Shown here one piece after another: positions 56,560-63,618 of a stretch of 63,618 nt of DNA. Location of the stretch: contig JBAXSG010000003.1 in NCBI GenBank assembly GCA_037130865.1, positions 1 to 63,618 of the forward strand, in the 5' to 3' direction. Position 1 is the first letter of the stretch, and each line of letters opens with the position of its first letter. The notes below the pieces were generated by a model. It was not told where the DNA came from, made no database searches, and worked only from the letters and a program-made list of their open reading frames with translations. Origin of the DNA: Candidatus Tayloriibacteriota bacterium. Lineage in GTDB: Bacteria; Patescibacteriota; Minisyncoccia; Phycocordibacterales; PALSA-1337. A program made the translations under genes and the position numbers.

Positions 56560-58371
56560 TTATTTGAATCCGTCGTTGCGACGAGCTTTTGCCTTGTCCA
56601 AAACCGTGAGTAACTTCTTGCGCAAACGCACATTCTTCGGAGTGATTTCTAGATATTCATCACCACGCATAAGTTCCAAACCACGCTCAATATCCAGCTT
56701 GTAAGGCGGTGTCAGAAGCAATGCTTCGTCAGTACCAGATGAGCGCATGTTCGTGAGCTGCTTTCCTTTGCAAGGATTTACTTCCATATCTTCGCCGCGT
56801 GCAACATCACCAACGACCATTCCTTGATAGACTTCAACAGCGGGATCGATAAAAAGTCTTCCACGGTTTTGTAGATTCCAAAGGGAGAATCCGAGCGATT
56901 TTCCGGAAACCATGGAGGTCATTGAGCCAGTCTCGCGCTTTTGGATCTCACCAGCATAAGGACGGAATTCTATGAATCGGCTAGCAAGTATTCCCTCGCC
57001 TTTTGTGTCTATGGTAAATGCATTGCGATAGCCGAGTAATCCGCGAGTTGGAATCTCGAAGAGCATGCGCGTAAGTTTCTCACGAGTCTTCATCTCTGTC
57101 ATAAGAGCTTTGCGCTTGCCGAGCTTTTCTATGACAGCTCCGGAATATTCCTCTGGTATGTCTATTGTCAATTCTTCAAAAGGCTCCATCTTCACAATAC
57201 TGCCATCGGCGGCTTTTTCATCCTTCACGATAACTTCTGGTTGTGAGACTTGTAGTTCATAACCTTCACGACGCATGTTTTCTATGAGAATAGCCACATG
57301 CAATTCACCACGACCATAAACTTTAAAATAATCATTTGCAGAAAAATCAACTTTGAGACCAACGTTGATCTCCAGTTCTTTCTCTAAACGCTCGCGAATC
57401 TGGCGACCAGTGACGAAAGTTCCCTCTTGGCCAGCAAATGGTGAATTGTTCACCAAAAAGTTTAGCGAAATAGTTGGCTCATCGATCTTGATAGCTGGCA
57501 ATGCCTTCGCATCTGTGGAATCAGCTATAGTCTCACCGATATATATGTTCGGTAATCCAGCGATCATGACAATATCGCCAGCAGCAGCTTGTGCTACTTC
57601 AACACGCTTCTTACCTTCGAAAGTGAAAAGTTTGGTTATTTTTCCAGTAAATGTCTCTCCATTTATATCTTTTACAAAAACATTTTGACCATCGCTGATG
57701 ACACCGTCATAAACTCTGCAAACACCGAGACGGCCAAGGAAATTGTCATAACCCAAGTTGAAAACTTGAGCCGCGAGAGGCTTCGTAGCTTGCTCTGGAG
57801 TATTGGCTGGTGATACGTGCTTCAAAATAGTATCAAGCAAAGGTGTAAGGTCTTTGGCTTCATCTTTCAAGTTCATAACAGCAGTTCCTTGACGACCAAT
57901 TGCATAGACGGTAGGAAAATCTATCTGCTTGTCGTGCGCACCAAGTTCCAAGAAAAGTTCCAACACATGTTCATGTGCTAGATTTGGATTGGCGGCTGGC
58001 TTGTCGATTTTGTTAATAATCACTATCGGCTTTAAACCGAGTTCTAGCGACTTCTTCAGCACAAAGCGTGTTTGTGGCATAGGGCCTTCTTGAGCATCCA
58101 CCACGAGGAGCACACAGTCGATAGAACGCAATACACGTTCAACCTCTGAGCCGAAGTCCGCGTGACCTGGAGTGTCAACGATGTTGATCTTTGTACCTTT
58201 GTACATAACCGAAGTATTCTTCGCATATATCGTAATGCCGCGTTCTTGTTCAAGAGCGTTCGAGTCCATGCTCCCTTCATCCGCGTGACCACACTGCGTC
58301 ATAATGGCGTCAGTGAGCGTCGTCTTTCCGTGGTCGACGTGAGCGATGATTGCGATGTTTCGGATTTCCAT
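56560..58371 (-). CDS. typA: Translational GTPase TypA/BipA
   Basis: IRNIAIIAHVDHGKTTLTD, DTPGHADFG, NKIDK. Start taken at MEIRNIA. Confidence 0.95.
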   Translation of the reverse strand: MEIRNIAIIAHVDHGKTTLTDAIMTQCGHADEGSMDSNALEQERGITIYAKNTSVMYKGTKINIVDTPGHADFGSEVERVLRSIDCVLLVVDAQEGPMPQTRFVLKKSLELGLKPIVIINKIDKPAANPNLAHEHVLELFLELGAHDKQIDFPTVYAIGRQGTAVMNLKDEAKDLTPLLDTILKHVSPANTPEQATKPLAAQVFNLGYDNFLGRLGVCRVYDGVISDGQNVFVKDINGETFTGKITKLFTFEGKKRVEVAQAAAGDIVMIAGLPNIYIGETIADSTDAKALPAIKIDEPTISLNFLVNNSPFAGQEGTFVTGRQIRERLEKELEINVGLKVDFSANDYFKVYGRGELHVAILIENMRREGYELQVSQPEVIVKDEKAADGSIVKMEPFEELTIDIPEEYSGAVIEKLGKRKALMTEMKTREKLTRMLFEIPTRGLLGYRNAFTIDTKGEGILASRFIEFRPYAGEIQKRETGSMTSMVSGKSLGFSLWNLQNRGRLFIDPAVEVYQGMVVGDVARGEDMEVNPCKGKQLTNMRSSGTDEALLLTPPYKLDIERGLELMRGDEYLEITPKNVRLRKKLLTVLDKAKARRNDGFK

Positions 58372-58446
58372 AATAATAGGCGCTTGCGCGCGGAGGTGTA
58401 ATTTAATCAAAAAAAGAGGCTTTTGTAAAGGGTTCCGTAAGATTGA

Positions 58447-59412
58447 TCACAGATTTTTGATACACCGCTTCAGTTTCTGTGTATTTCCATGACTCAATAG
58501 ACCAAGATAAGACTGAACAATTTCCGGTTTTTTCGGATTCTCTTCCAACCTATTCAACATTCTCTTCTTTGTAGTTGTGCGTAGCGTCTTATGATCAGGA
58601 AAATGAACCCAGCCAAGGAAATCGATCCCTGAAGCGAGAGTTGTAATGCTCAACTTTTTAGGATGAAGCTGTAAAGCCAAATCGTCTGCCAAGAACTTTT
58701 GAATCATTGGAACGATACCGACTAACCAGTCTTTGTCTGTATTCATAATGACAAAATCATCTGCATAACGGATGTAATATTCCGCTCTTATGGCCTGCTT
58801 CATAAAATGGTCAAACTTATTCATGTAGATATTTACGAGCAGTTGCGATGTGAGATTTCCAAGAGGTAATCCTTTTACTGGTGCGACACCCTTGAAACTT
58901 TGCACCACATTCTGGATGAGCCAAATAACATCTAAATCGACAACATATTTCTCTAATATGTGTATAAGAATATCTTGGTCAATAGAAGCAAAAAACTTTT
59001 TAACATCGCACTTCAAAACCCATAGCGTCTTTGTATGATTTTTACTGGCTACGCGAGAGAAGTGAGTAAATCTTTTCAATGCTCGATGAGTTCCTCGTCT
59101 TTTCCTGCATGAATATGAGTCGTAGATAAATGTAGGATCAAAATACGGATATAATCGACGATAGATCGCGTGTTGAAGCAGTCTATCTCGGACCGAGGCT
59201 TTATGAATATCCCTCTCTTTTGGCTCAAATACTTTGAAATGATGATAGTCGCCATGAGCATATGTCTTATTTCTCAAATCCTCGTGCAATCCAAGAATGT
59301 TATCAGCCAATCTATATTGAAAATCTTGAACATCTTTCTTTTTTCGTTTGCCTTTCAAAAATTCTTTCCAGGCAGCGAGCAAATTATCGGTAGAAATGAT
59401 ATTGTTATACAT
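58447..59412 (-). CDS. DGR-type reverse transcriptase
   Basis: 321 aa. RT motifs include GLPLGNLTSQLLVNIYM (DGR-diagnostic [LIV]GxxxSQ) and IRYADDFVIM (YxDD). No intron-RNA or maturase features. Confidence 0.88.
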   Translation of the reverse strand: MYNNIISTDNLLAAWKEFLKGKRKKKDVQDFQYRLADNILGLHEDLRNKTYAHGDYHHFKVFEPKERDIHKASVRDRLLQHAIYRRLYPYFDPTFIYDSYSCRKRRGTHRALKRFTHFSRVASKNHTKTLWVLKCDVKKFFASIDQDILIHILEKYVVDLDVIWLIQNVVQSFKGVAPVKGLPLGNLTSQLLVNIYMNKFDHFMKQAIRAEYYIRYADDFVIMNTDKDWLVGIVPMIQKFLADDLALQLHPKKLSITTLASGIDFLGWVHFPDHKTLRTTTKKRMLNRLEENPKKPEIVQSYLGLLSHGNTQKLKRCIKNL

Positions 59413-59484
59413 TATTATTGAAGTAATTTAATATTATGACCGAAATAAAAACACAAACCGTTATGACCCCCCCGCTTAGTTCCT

Positions 59485-59844
59485 GTGGTGCTAAAGTTGA
59501 AAGATGCCTACGGCGTTTGGCAAGATTGCCTCTCTAGCTTTCCGAAGGCGCATCGCTTTACTATCGGCTCGAAGATAGACACTCTATTCCTTGACGCTAT
59601 CGAGCATGCATTCGTCGCAAGCTACACGAATGTCGCAGAGAAACAACCGCATATAAATATCAGTATAGTTAAAGTTGATCTGATCAAGCTCCTTCTGCAG
59701 CTAGCTTGGGAAATAAAAGCTATAGACAATAATAGATATATGACCTTATCTGAAAACTTCGCAGAAATAGGAAAAATGCTTGGTGGCTGGAAAAGACAAC
59801 TGATAAACAAAACTCCTGCAGACAAGCCACAGGAGAAACGTTGA
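59485..59844 (+). CDS. avd: Avd-like four-helix-bundle protein (23S rRNA IVS protein family)
   Basis: 119 aa (GTG start). FPKAHRFTIGSKIDTLFLDAIEH..., ...LSENFAEIGKMLGGWKRQL. Divergent from the RT gene with 72 nt between them. Confidence 0.75.
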   Translation: MVLKLKDAYGVWQDCLSSFPKAHRFTIGSKIDTLFLDAIEHAFVASYTNVAEKQPHINISIVKVDLIKLLLQLAWEIKAIDNNRYMTLSENFAEIGKMLGGWKRQLINKTPADKPQEKR

Positions 59845-60335
59845 TAGTAGCGAACGGCCAGGAAGCGATAGTTGGAGTTCCAATCATTGTCCCACCAACT
59901 GAGGTTGAGGCCCCGCGCCGAGCTGCCCCCGAACAAGTACGGGACATGGCGGAAGACATAGACCCTGCCAACGGAGCCGAGAGCAATGATCGGATTGCTG
60001 CGTTGTGCGTCGGGGTTCAATTTTCCGAACACAAGCAAATGAGCCAACCGGGCCGGCATCCACGGGTTGTTTGCGTCATCGCCCTTCATGCGTTCAATTG
60101 CATCAGGTGACGACACCGAACCCTTCGGATCCCAGAGATTGTATTCCCATTCACCGCCATCTTCGGCAGTGATCGGAAACCGTTTCTCCGTGATGTCGTC
60201 GTCGAACCAGTTGTTGGCGCACTCGGCCAACAGGGTTTTGAAGCCTTTGGTCGGATCGACGAGCATGGTGTTATTGTCCATGGTCAGTCCTTTCTTTGAA
60301 ACGGCTTTGGGGCCGGCTGTTTGTTTTGGCATCAA
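59845..60335 (-). CDS. Candidate second DGR target (small, GC-rich, CLec/DUF1566-like C-terminus), possibly degenerate
   Basis: The ORF 60335..59622 has an expected end near 59850: ...FGGSSARGLNLSWWDNDWNSNYRFLAVRY resembles the target-1 end (..WVFALRK). No stop codon follows, so the frame runs 220 nt antisense into avd. The segment is clearly GC-richer than its flanks. Confidence 0.45.
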
Positions 60336-60487
60336 TCCGCCACAGCAGAGAAAAGCCCATGAATTGAGCTACTTTCTGCTATGGTGAATCTGCCAATAAC
60401 TTTTATTCGCAAGATTGTGAAGATCTGAAACTGTGTATATTATACACCTATAAATACCCATTTGTCAAGGAAAAGTGTATGAAACGG

Positions 60488-61291
60488 CTATATACAGCCA
60501 TTTTCCTCACAAGCCCTCTTGAAATCCGCAGGAAGTGGCCCGTCGAGCTTAATACGCTCACCTTTCACATTTGTGAATTCGATATGTTTGGCATGCAAAG
60601 CAGTGCGTTCGAAGCCGAGCGCATATGGTCTATTTTCCGCATAGAGCATATCCCCTACGACTGGATGATGTATTGCCAGGAAATGCACACGGATCTGGTG
60701 AGTGCGACCTGTCTTCGGTTCAGCTTCGAGAAGTGAGAATTTTTCATCACGCACGGTGCCCGCTTCTTGCTCGCCACTGGCAACAACATATTTCACCGAG
60801 GCACGGAAAGTCTTCAGCCTCGTCCAATAAGTCTCCGCCTTTCGTGGAATGCCGCGAGTGCCTCTTTGCGCTGACCATTTACGAAAATCGCTACCAGAAC
60901 GACCAATCGGTCTGTTTATGGTGCCGAAATCTTCAGTGAATTCTCCCCAAACAAATGCCAAATATTTCTTTGTGATTGTTCGTGCCTTGAACTGTGCCTT
61001 GAGACAAGCGTGACCCTTCGCGGTCTTCGCCACCAACATCACACCGGAAGTTTCGCGGTCGAGGCGATGCACGATGCCGGGTCGAATAATCTGTTCACCA
61101 GCTGGAGTCAGCATGGACTCGCCTACATTTTTAATTCGTGGATATTTCTTCACCAACCAATCCGTGAGGAATGGTCCCTTCGATCTACCATCCGGATGCA
61201 CCATGAGGCCCGCCGGCTTATCTATAGCGACAATATGCGTGTCTTCGTAGAGGATATCTATCTTTGGCGCCTTGGTGGCTGATTTGCTCAT
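60488..61291 (-). CDS. RluA-family pseudouridine synthase (RluD-like, lacking the S4 domain)
   Basis: 267 aa. HRLDRETSGVMLVAKT catalytic Asp motif. Confidence 0.88.
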   Translation of the reverse strand: MSKSATKAPKIDILYEDTHIVAIDKPAGLMVHPDGRSKGPFLTDWLVKKYPRIKNVGESMLTPAGEQIIRPGIVHRLDRETSGVMLVAKTAKGHACLKAQFKARTITKKYLAFVWGEFTEDFGTINRPIGRSGSDFRKWSAQRGTRGIPRKAETYWTRLKTFRASVKYVVASGEQEAGTVRDEKFSLLEAEPKTGRTHQIRVHFLAIHHPVVGDMLYAENRPYALGFERTALHAKHIEFTNVKGERIKLDGPLPADFKRACEENGCI

Positions 61292-61352
61292 ATGATGAAT
61301 ATACGCTAATCTGTGTTAAAATCAAAATCGTTCTTTGGGATAGTGATCACAT

Positions 61353-61425
61353 GCGCCCTTAGCTCAGTTGGTAGAGCAATTCATTTACACTGAAAAGGTC
61401 GGGGGTTCGAATCCCTCAGGGCGCA
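61353..61425 (+). tRNA. tRNA-Val (TAC)
   Basis: GCGCCCT/AGGGCGC acceptor, D arm GCTC-AGTTGGTA-GAGC, anticodon loop TTTACAC, T arm GGGGG-TTCGAAT-CCCTC. Confidence 0.88.
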
Positions 61426-61505
61426 CATTTAATACTTATTCAGGTTGATGAGGTTTTGTCCTCATTGGGGGCTTTTTCATTTTAGGCTAGTAAAGGGTGT
61501 GATCG

Positions 61506-61665
61506 GGACACATACACTTCCAAAACAGCACTTTTGAAATAATTTACAGCCGAGGTACCGCCTATATATTACTAGGTTTATTGGCACAGAATAGTCACTG
61601 TCATCGAGCTGATTATGTGTGGCTTAAGCTGAGGTACCTCGTGGATAAATTATTTTAAAAACCCT
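61506..61665 (+). repeat. Hairpin element copy B (inverted relative to copy A)
   Basis: CGGGACACATACACTTCCAAAACAGCACTTTTGAAATAATTTACAGCCGAGGTACC...GGTACCTCGTGGATAAATTATTTT. The outer right arm is degraded and overlaps the last codons of the chorismate mutase gene. Confidence 0.75.
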
Positions 61666-61982
61666 TTTTTAAAGTGCATGCTCACCCCTCGTCGCCAAAC
61701 GACGCCCTGCACATCTCTCGAATCCTTGAATATGTGCCTAAAGATTTTTCTCACAAGATCTGCGCTTACGCCGACTTTTTTAGCTAGATCAGCTTTCTTC
61801 TCCAGAATCTCCCGTTCCCTTTCTGGTTGATATATCTTGAGGCCATTTTCTTTTTTATATTTTCCAATCACAGCCGAACAATCGCGCCGCTTGGCCAAAA
61901 GCTCAACTATTTCAATGTCGATCTTATCTATTTCTTTGCGTGATTTTTCCAGTTTCATTTTCAGTTTCATTTTCATTTCCAT
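61650..61982 (-). CDS. Chorismate mutase (AroQ class)
   Basis: 110 aa. LEKSRKEIDKIDIEIVELLAKRRDCSAVIGKYKKENGLKIYQPEREREIL. Confidence 0.8.
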   Translation of the reverse strand: MEMKMKLKMKLEKSRKEIDKIDIEIVELLAKRRDCSAVIGKYKKENGLKIYQPEREREILEKKADLAKKVGVSADLVRKIFRHIFKDSRDVQGVVWRRGVSMHFKKGFLK

Positions 61983-61985
61983 ATT

Positions 61986-62735
61986 TTATAAATTACTATT
62001 CCACTCTTGACCCTGCCTTTTTAAAATCTGCTCAACCTCCGGCTTATCCTTCTCTAGATTCTCCACTATTTTGGCTGCCACTACATCTGGATCCATGAAA
62101 TCATCGAAGTCGGCTGGTTTAGCAGCATCGAACATGCTCGTCTTGATACCGCCAGGATACACCCCGATGACGGTTATCTTGCCGGCGGCATTGTCTGGCA
62201 TGAGCAATTCCTCTCTTATAGAATCCGTAAAACCTTTCGCGGCATGTTTACTAGCCGAATAGACGCTCTGATTCGGTCTCCCCTGCAAAGCGGAGGTGGA
62301 AATAATATTGACGATCATTCCATCACCCATCCTATCACCACGCTTCTTCATGGCCGTGATAGCTGCGCGCACTCCGTAAATAGTACCGAAAAGATTTACC
62401 TCGATAAGTTCATGAGCCTTCTTCATATCGATCTCTTCAATCGGCATCTTCGGCAACCAAACGCCGGCATTATTTATCCAAATGTCGATACGGCCAAACT
62501 TCTCCATAGCCATATCAGCGATATGAATGACCTCATTTTCTTTTGTAATGTCGGCGACCACAGCCAATACCTTTACCTTCTTGGAGATCTCCTCGGCTAC
62601 TTCTTCCAAATCTTTTTTATTCCTTCCAGAGATTACCAGTTTTGCACCTTTCGAAGCCAAAACATTGGCCAATGACTTACCCAAACCACGGCTAGCGCCG
62701 GTAATGACCACAACTTTGTCTTGTATAAAACCCAT
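61986..62735 (-). CDS. Short-chain dehydrogenase/reductase (SDR)
   Basis: VVVITGASRGLGKSLA (TGxxxGxG), YSASKHAAKGF (YxxxK). Start taken at MGFIQDK. Confidence 0.88.
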   Translation of the reverse strand: MGFIQDKVVVITGASRGLGKSLANVLASKGAKLVISGRNKKDLEEVAEEISKKVKVLAVVADITKENEVIHIADMAMEKFGRIDIWINNAGVWLPKMPIEEIDMKKAHELIEVNLFGTIYGVRAAITAMKKRGDRMGDGMIVNIISTSALQGRPNQSVYSASKHAAKGFTDSIREELLMPDNAAGKITVIGVYPGGIKTSMFDAAKPADFDDFMDPDVVAAKIVENLEKDKPEVEQILKRQGQEWNSNL

Positions 62736-62846
62736 GCAAAAAGTATAGCACGGGGCCGACACGCGCGAAAAAGTGTGCGAAAAAGAAAACGCGCCAGCTT
62801 TCGCCGACGCGCTTCCTTGTGCTTACGCACTAACTGATCAGAAAAA

Positions 62847-63071
62847 CTATATCTGAGGAGCAGATGGTGCTGCTGGTGCTGAACAACCCTTGCAATCCTT
62901 GTTGTGTGACACTGCGAGCCATACAGCTGAAAGTCCTACCAAGACATAGACTATCTTTGCGATAGCTACACCGAGATAAGTAACGACGTTGAGATCGAAT
63001 AAACCGATCAAAAGCCAGTTAAGACCACCAATCACCAAAAGAGTGAAGGCAACGACATGAACCATTTTCAT
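62847..63071 (-). CDS. DUF378-family small membrane protein
   Basis: 74 aa. VIGGLNWLLIGLFDLNVVTYL. Confidence 0.75.
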   Translation of the reverse strand: MKMVHVVAFTLLVIGGLNWLLIGLFDLNVVTYLGVAIAKIVYVLVGLSAVWLAVSHNKDCKGCSAPAAPSAPQI

Positions 63072-63173
63072 AGTATTTTTGTTAATTAATTGCTAATAAA
63101 TAATAGACCTTACTAGGTTAATTATAGCACACCTAGTTTAGACACAATAAGACAATCCACAGTTTATACACTT

Positions 63174-63300
63174 TGTCCGCCTGGAGGGAATCGCCCTCGC
63201 CTCTCGGCTGACCAGTCAGCCTCGGGCTGGGCACCGCCTCACCATCTCGCCTGCTGGCTCGATATGGCTCCGGCGTTCTCATCCCTCCAGGCCGGCACTA
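63174..63300 (-). ncRNA. GC-rich ~125-nt hairpin element ending in a copy of the tRNA-Arg 3' end (tRNA-derived pseudogene, att-like scar or unknown RNA)
   Basis: TGTCCGCCTGGAGGGAATCG (63174-63193) is identical to 63321-63340. CCTGGAGGGA pairs with TCCCTCCAGG (~63282-63291) to close a very GC-rich hairpin in an AT-rich genome. Confidence 0.4.
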
Positions 63301-63322
63301 CGTTCGTTTCACTCACTTCGTG

Positions 63323-63394
63323 TCCGCCTGGAGGGAATCGAACCCCCATCAATGCCTTAGAAGAGCACTGCTCTATCCATTGAGCTACAAGCGG
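63323..63394 (-). tRNA. tRNA-Arg (TCT)
   Basis: Acceptor CCGCTTG/CAGGCGG, D arm GCTC-AATGGATA-GAGC, anticodon arm GTGCT-CTTCTAA-GGCAT, T arm GGGGG-TTCGATT-CCCTC. Confidence 0.85.
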
Positions 63395-63449
63395 AATCTA
63401 TTGTGGCGCCGAGGCCACCACATAACCGTAACATATTTATAATAACTGG

Positions 63450-63617
63450 TCACCTTATATCGTTGATACTAAGCTTTTCGGCTATACGCTTTAACTCTAC
63501 AACATCTATCATCGGCAATGGTCGACTTGAAGCCGTAAGATCAGAAACAGATGATGCTGCTTGACCAACATCTATATAAGCAAAAATACCTATTATTATC
63601 ATAATTGTAATGATAAA
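63450..63617 (-). CDS. Small or partial membrane-protein ORF at the window edge
   Basis: Frame read by hand: ..FIITIMIIIGIFAYIDVGQAASSVSDLTASSRPLPMIDVVELKRIAEKLSINDIR-stop. It may continue beyond the window. Confidence 0.25.
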   Translation of the reverse strand, partial: FIITIMIIIGIFAYIDVGQAASSVSDLTASSRPLPMIDVVELKRIAEKLSINDIR

Positions 63618-63618
63618 C

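Noticed and set aside
58447-59412. Reverse transcriptase as a group II intron or retron RT
   Set aside because: No intron domain V/VI-like RNA or maturase/endonuclease extension is present, and no msr/msd-like structure lies nearby. The GxxxSQ motif, the adjacent Avd-like gene and a bona fide TR/VR pair in the window all point to a DGR RT.
59622-59844. C-terminal ~75 codons of the ORF 59622..60335
   Set aside because: This part is antisense to the well-supported Avd-like gene and is hydrophobic and low-complexity. It is most likely read-through caused by loss of the original stop codon rather than real coding sequence.
43645-61665. Inversion between the two inverted hairpin-element copies as an explanation for the separated DGR parts
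   Set aside because: Flipping the 17.7-kb interval would not bring the TR next to the RT/Avd genes, and it would reverse many co-oriented housekeeping operons. The sequence gives no supporting evidence.
63174-63300. GC-rich hairpin as 4.5S/SRP RNA
   Set aside because: Its size and long-hairpin shape fit, but the conserved domain IV sequence (GUCAGG...GNAR...AGCAGC) could not be found in either orientation.

Overview
This looks like a chromosomal segment of a small, AT-leaning genome with traits reported for Candidate Phyla Radiation (Parcubacteria-like) bacteria. A 23S rRNA gene sits on the minus strand, cut by the left edge, with no adjacent 16S gene and two large insertions. Most of the rest is compact, mainly minus-strand housekeeping: rplJL; rpsF-ssb-rpsR without rplI; secE-nusG-rplK without rplA; metG, glyQS, ileS, argS, glyA, thyA, dcd, recA, recO, ftsK, efp, rnr, typA, rplS. 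There are also 4 tRNAs, two type II toxin-antitoxin pairs and several secreted or membrane proteins of unknown function. The stand-out is a diversity-generating retroelement (DGR) with a split layout. A template repeat (43923-44055) and its variable repeat at the 3' end of a 616-aa gene (44401-44533) differ only at template adenines. The only reverse transcriptase (58447-59412, GNLTSQ and YADD motifs) and an Avd-like four-helix-bundle gene lie about 14 kb away, next to a second GC-rich candidate target that has no matching template. Other unexplained structure: (1) two inverted copies of a ~160-nt hairpin element, one directly 3' of the template repeat; (2) a dispersed GC-rich GCGCAAGG(G/T)GAAAG repeat found after rplJ and rplL, inside the 23S intron, and three times in frame inside ileS; (3) an ileS gene carrying a complete histidine-phosphatase domain; (4) a ~500-nt structured untranslated region between thyA and glyA; (5) a tRNA-Arg 3'-end duplication flanking a GC-rich hairpin. 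I saw no CRISPR array, transposase or integrase. All coordinates and alignments were worked out by eye, without tools.
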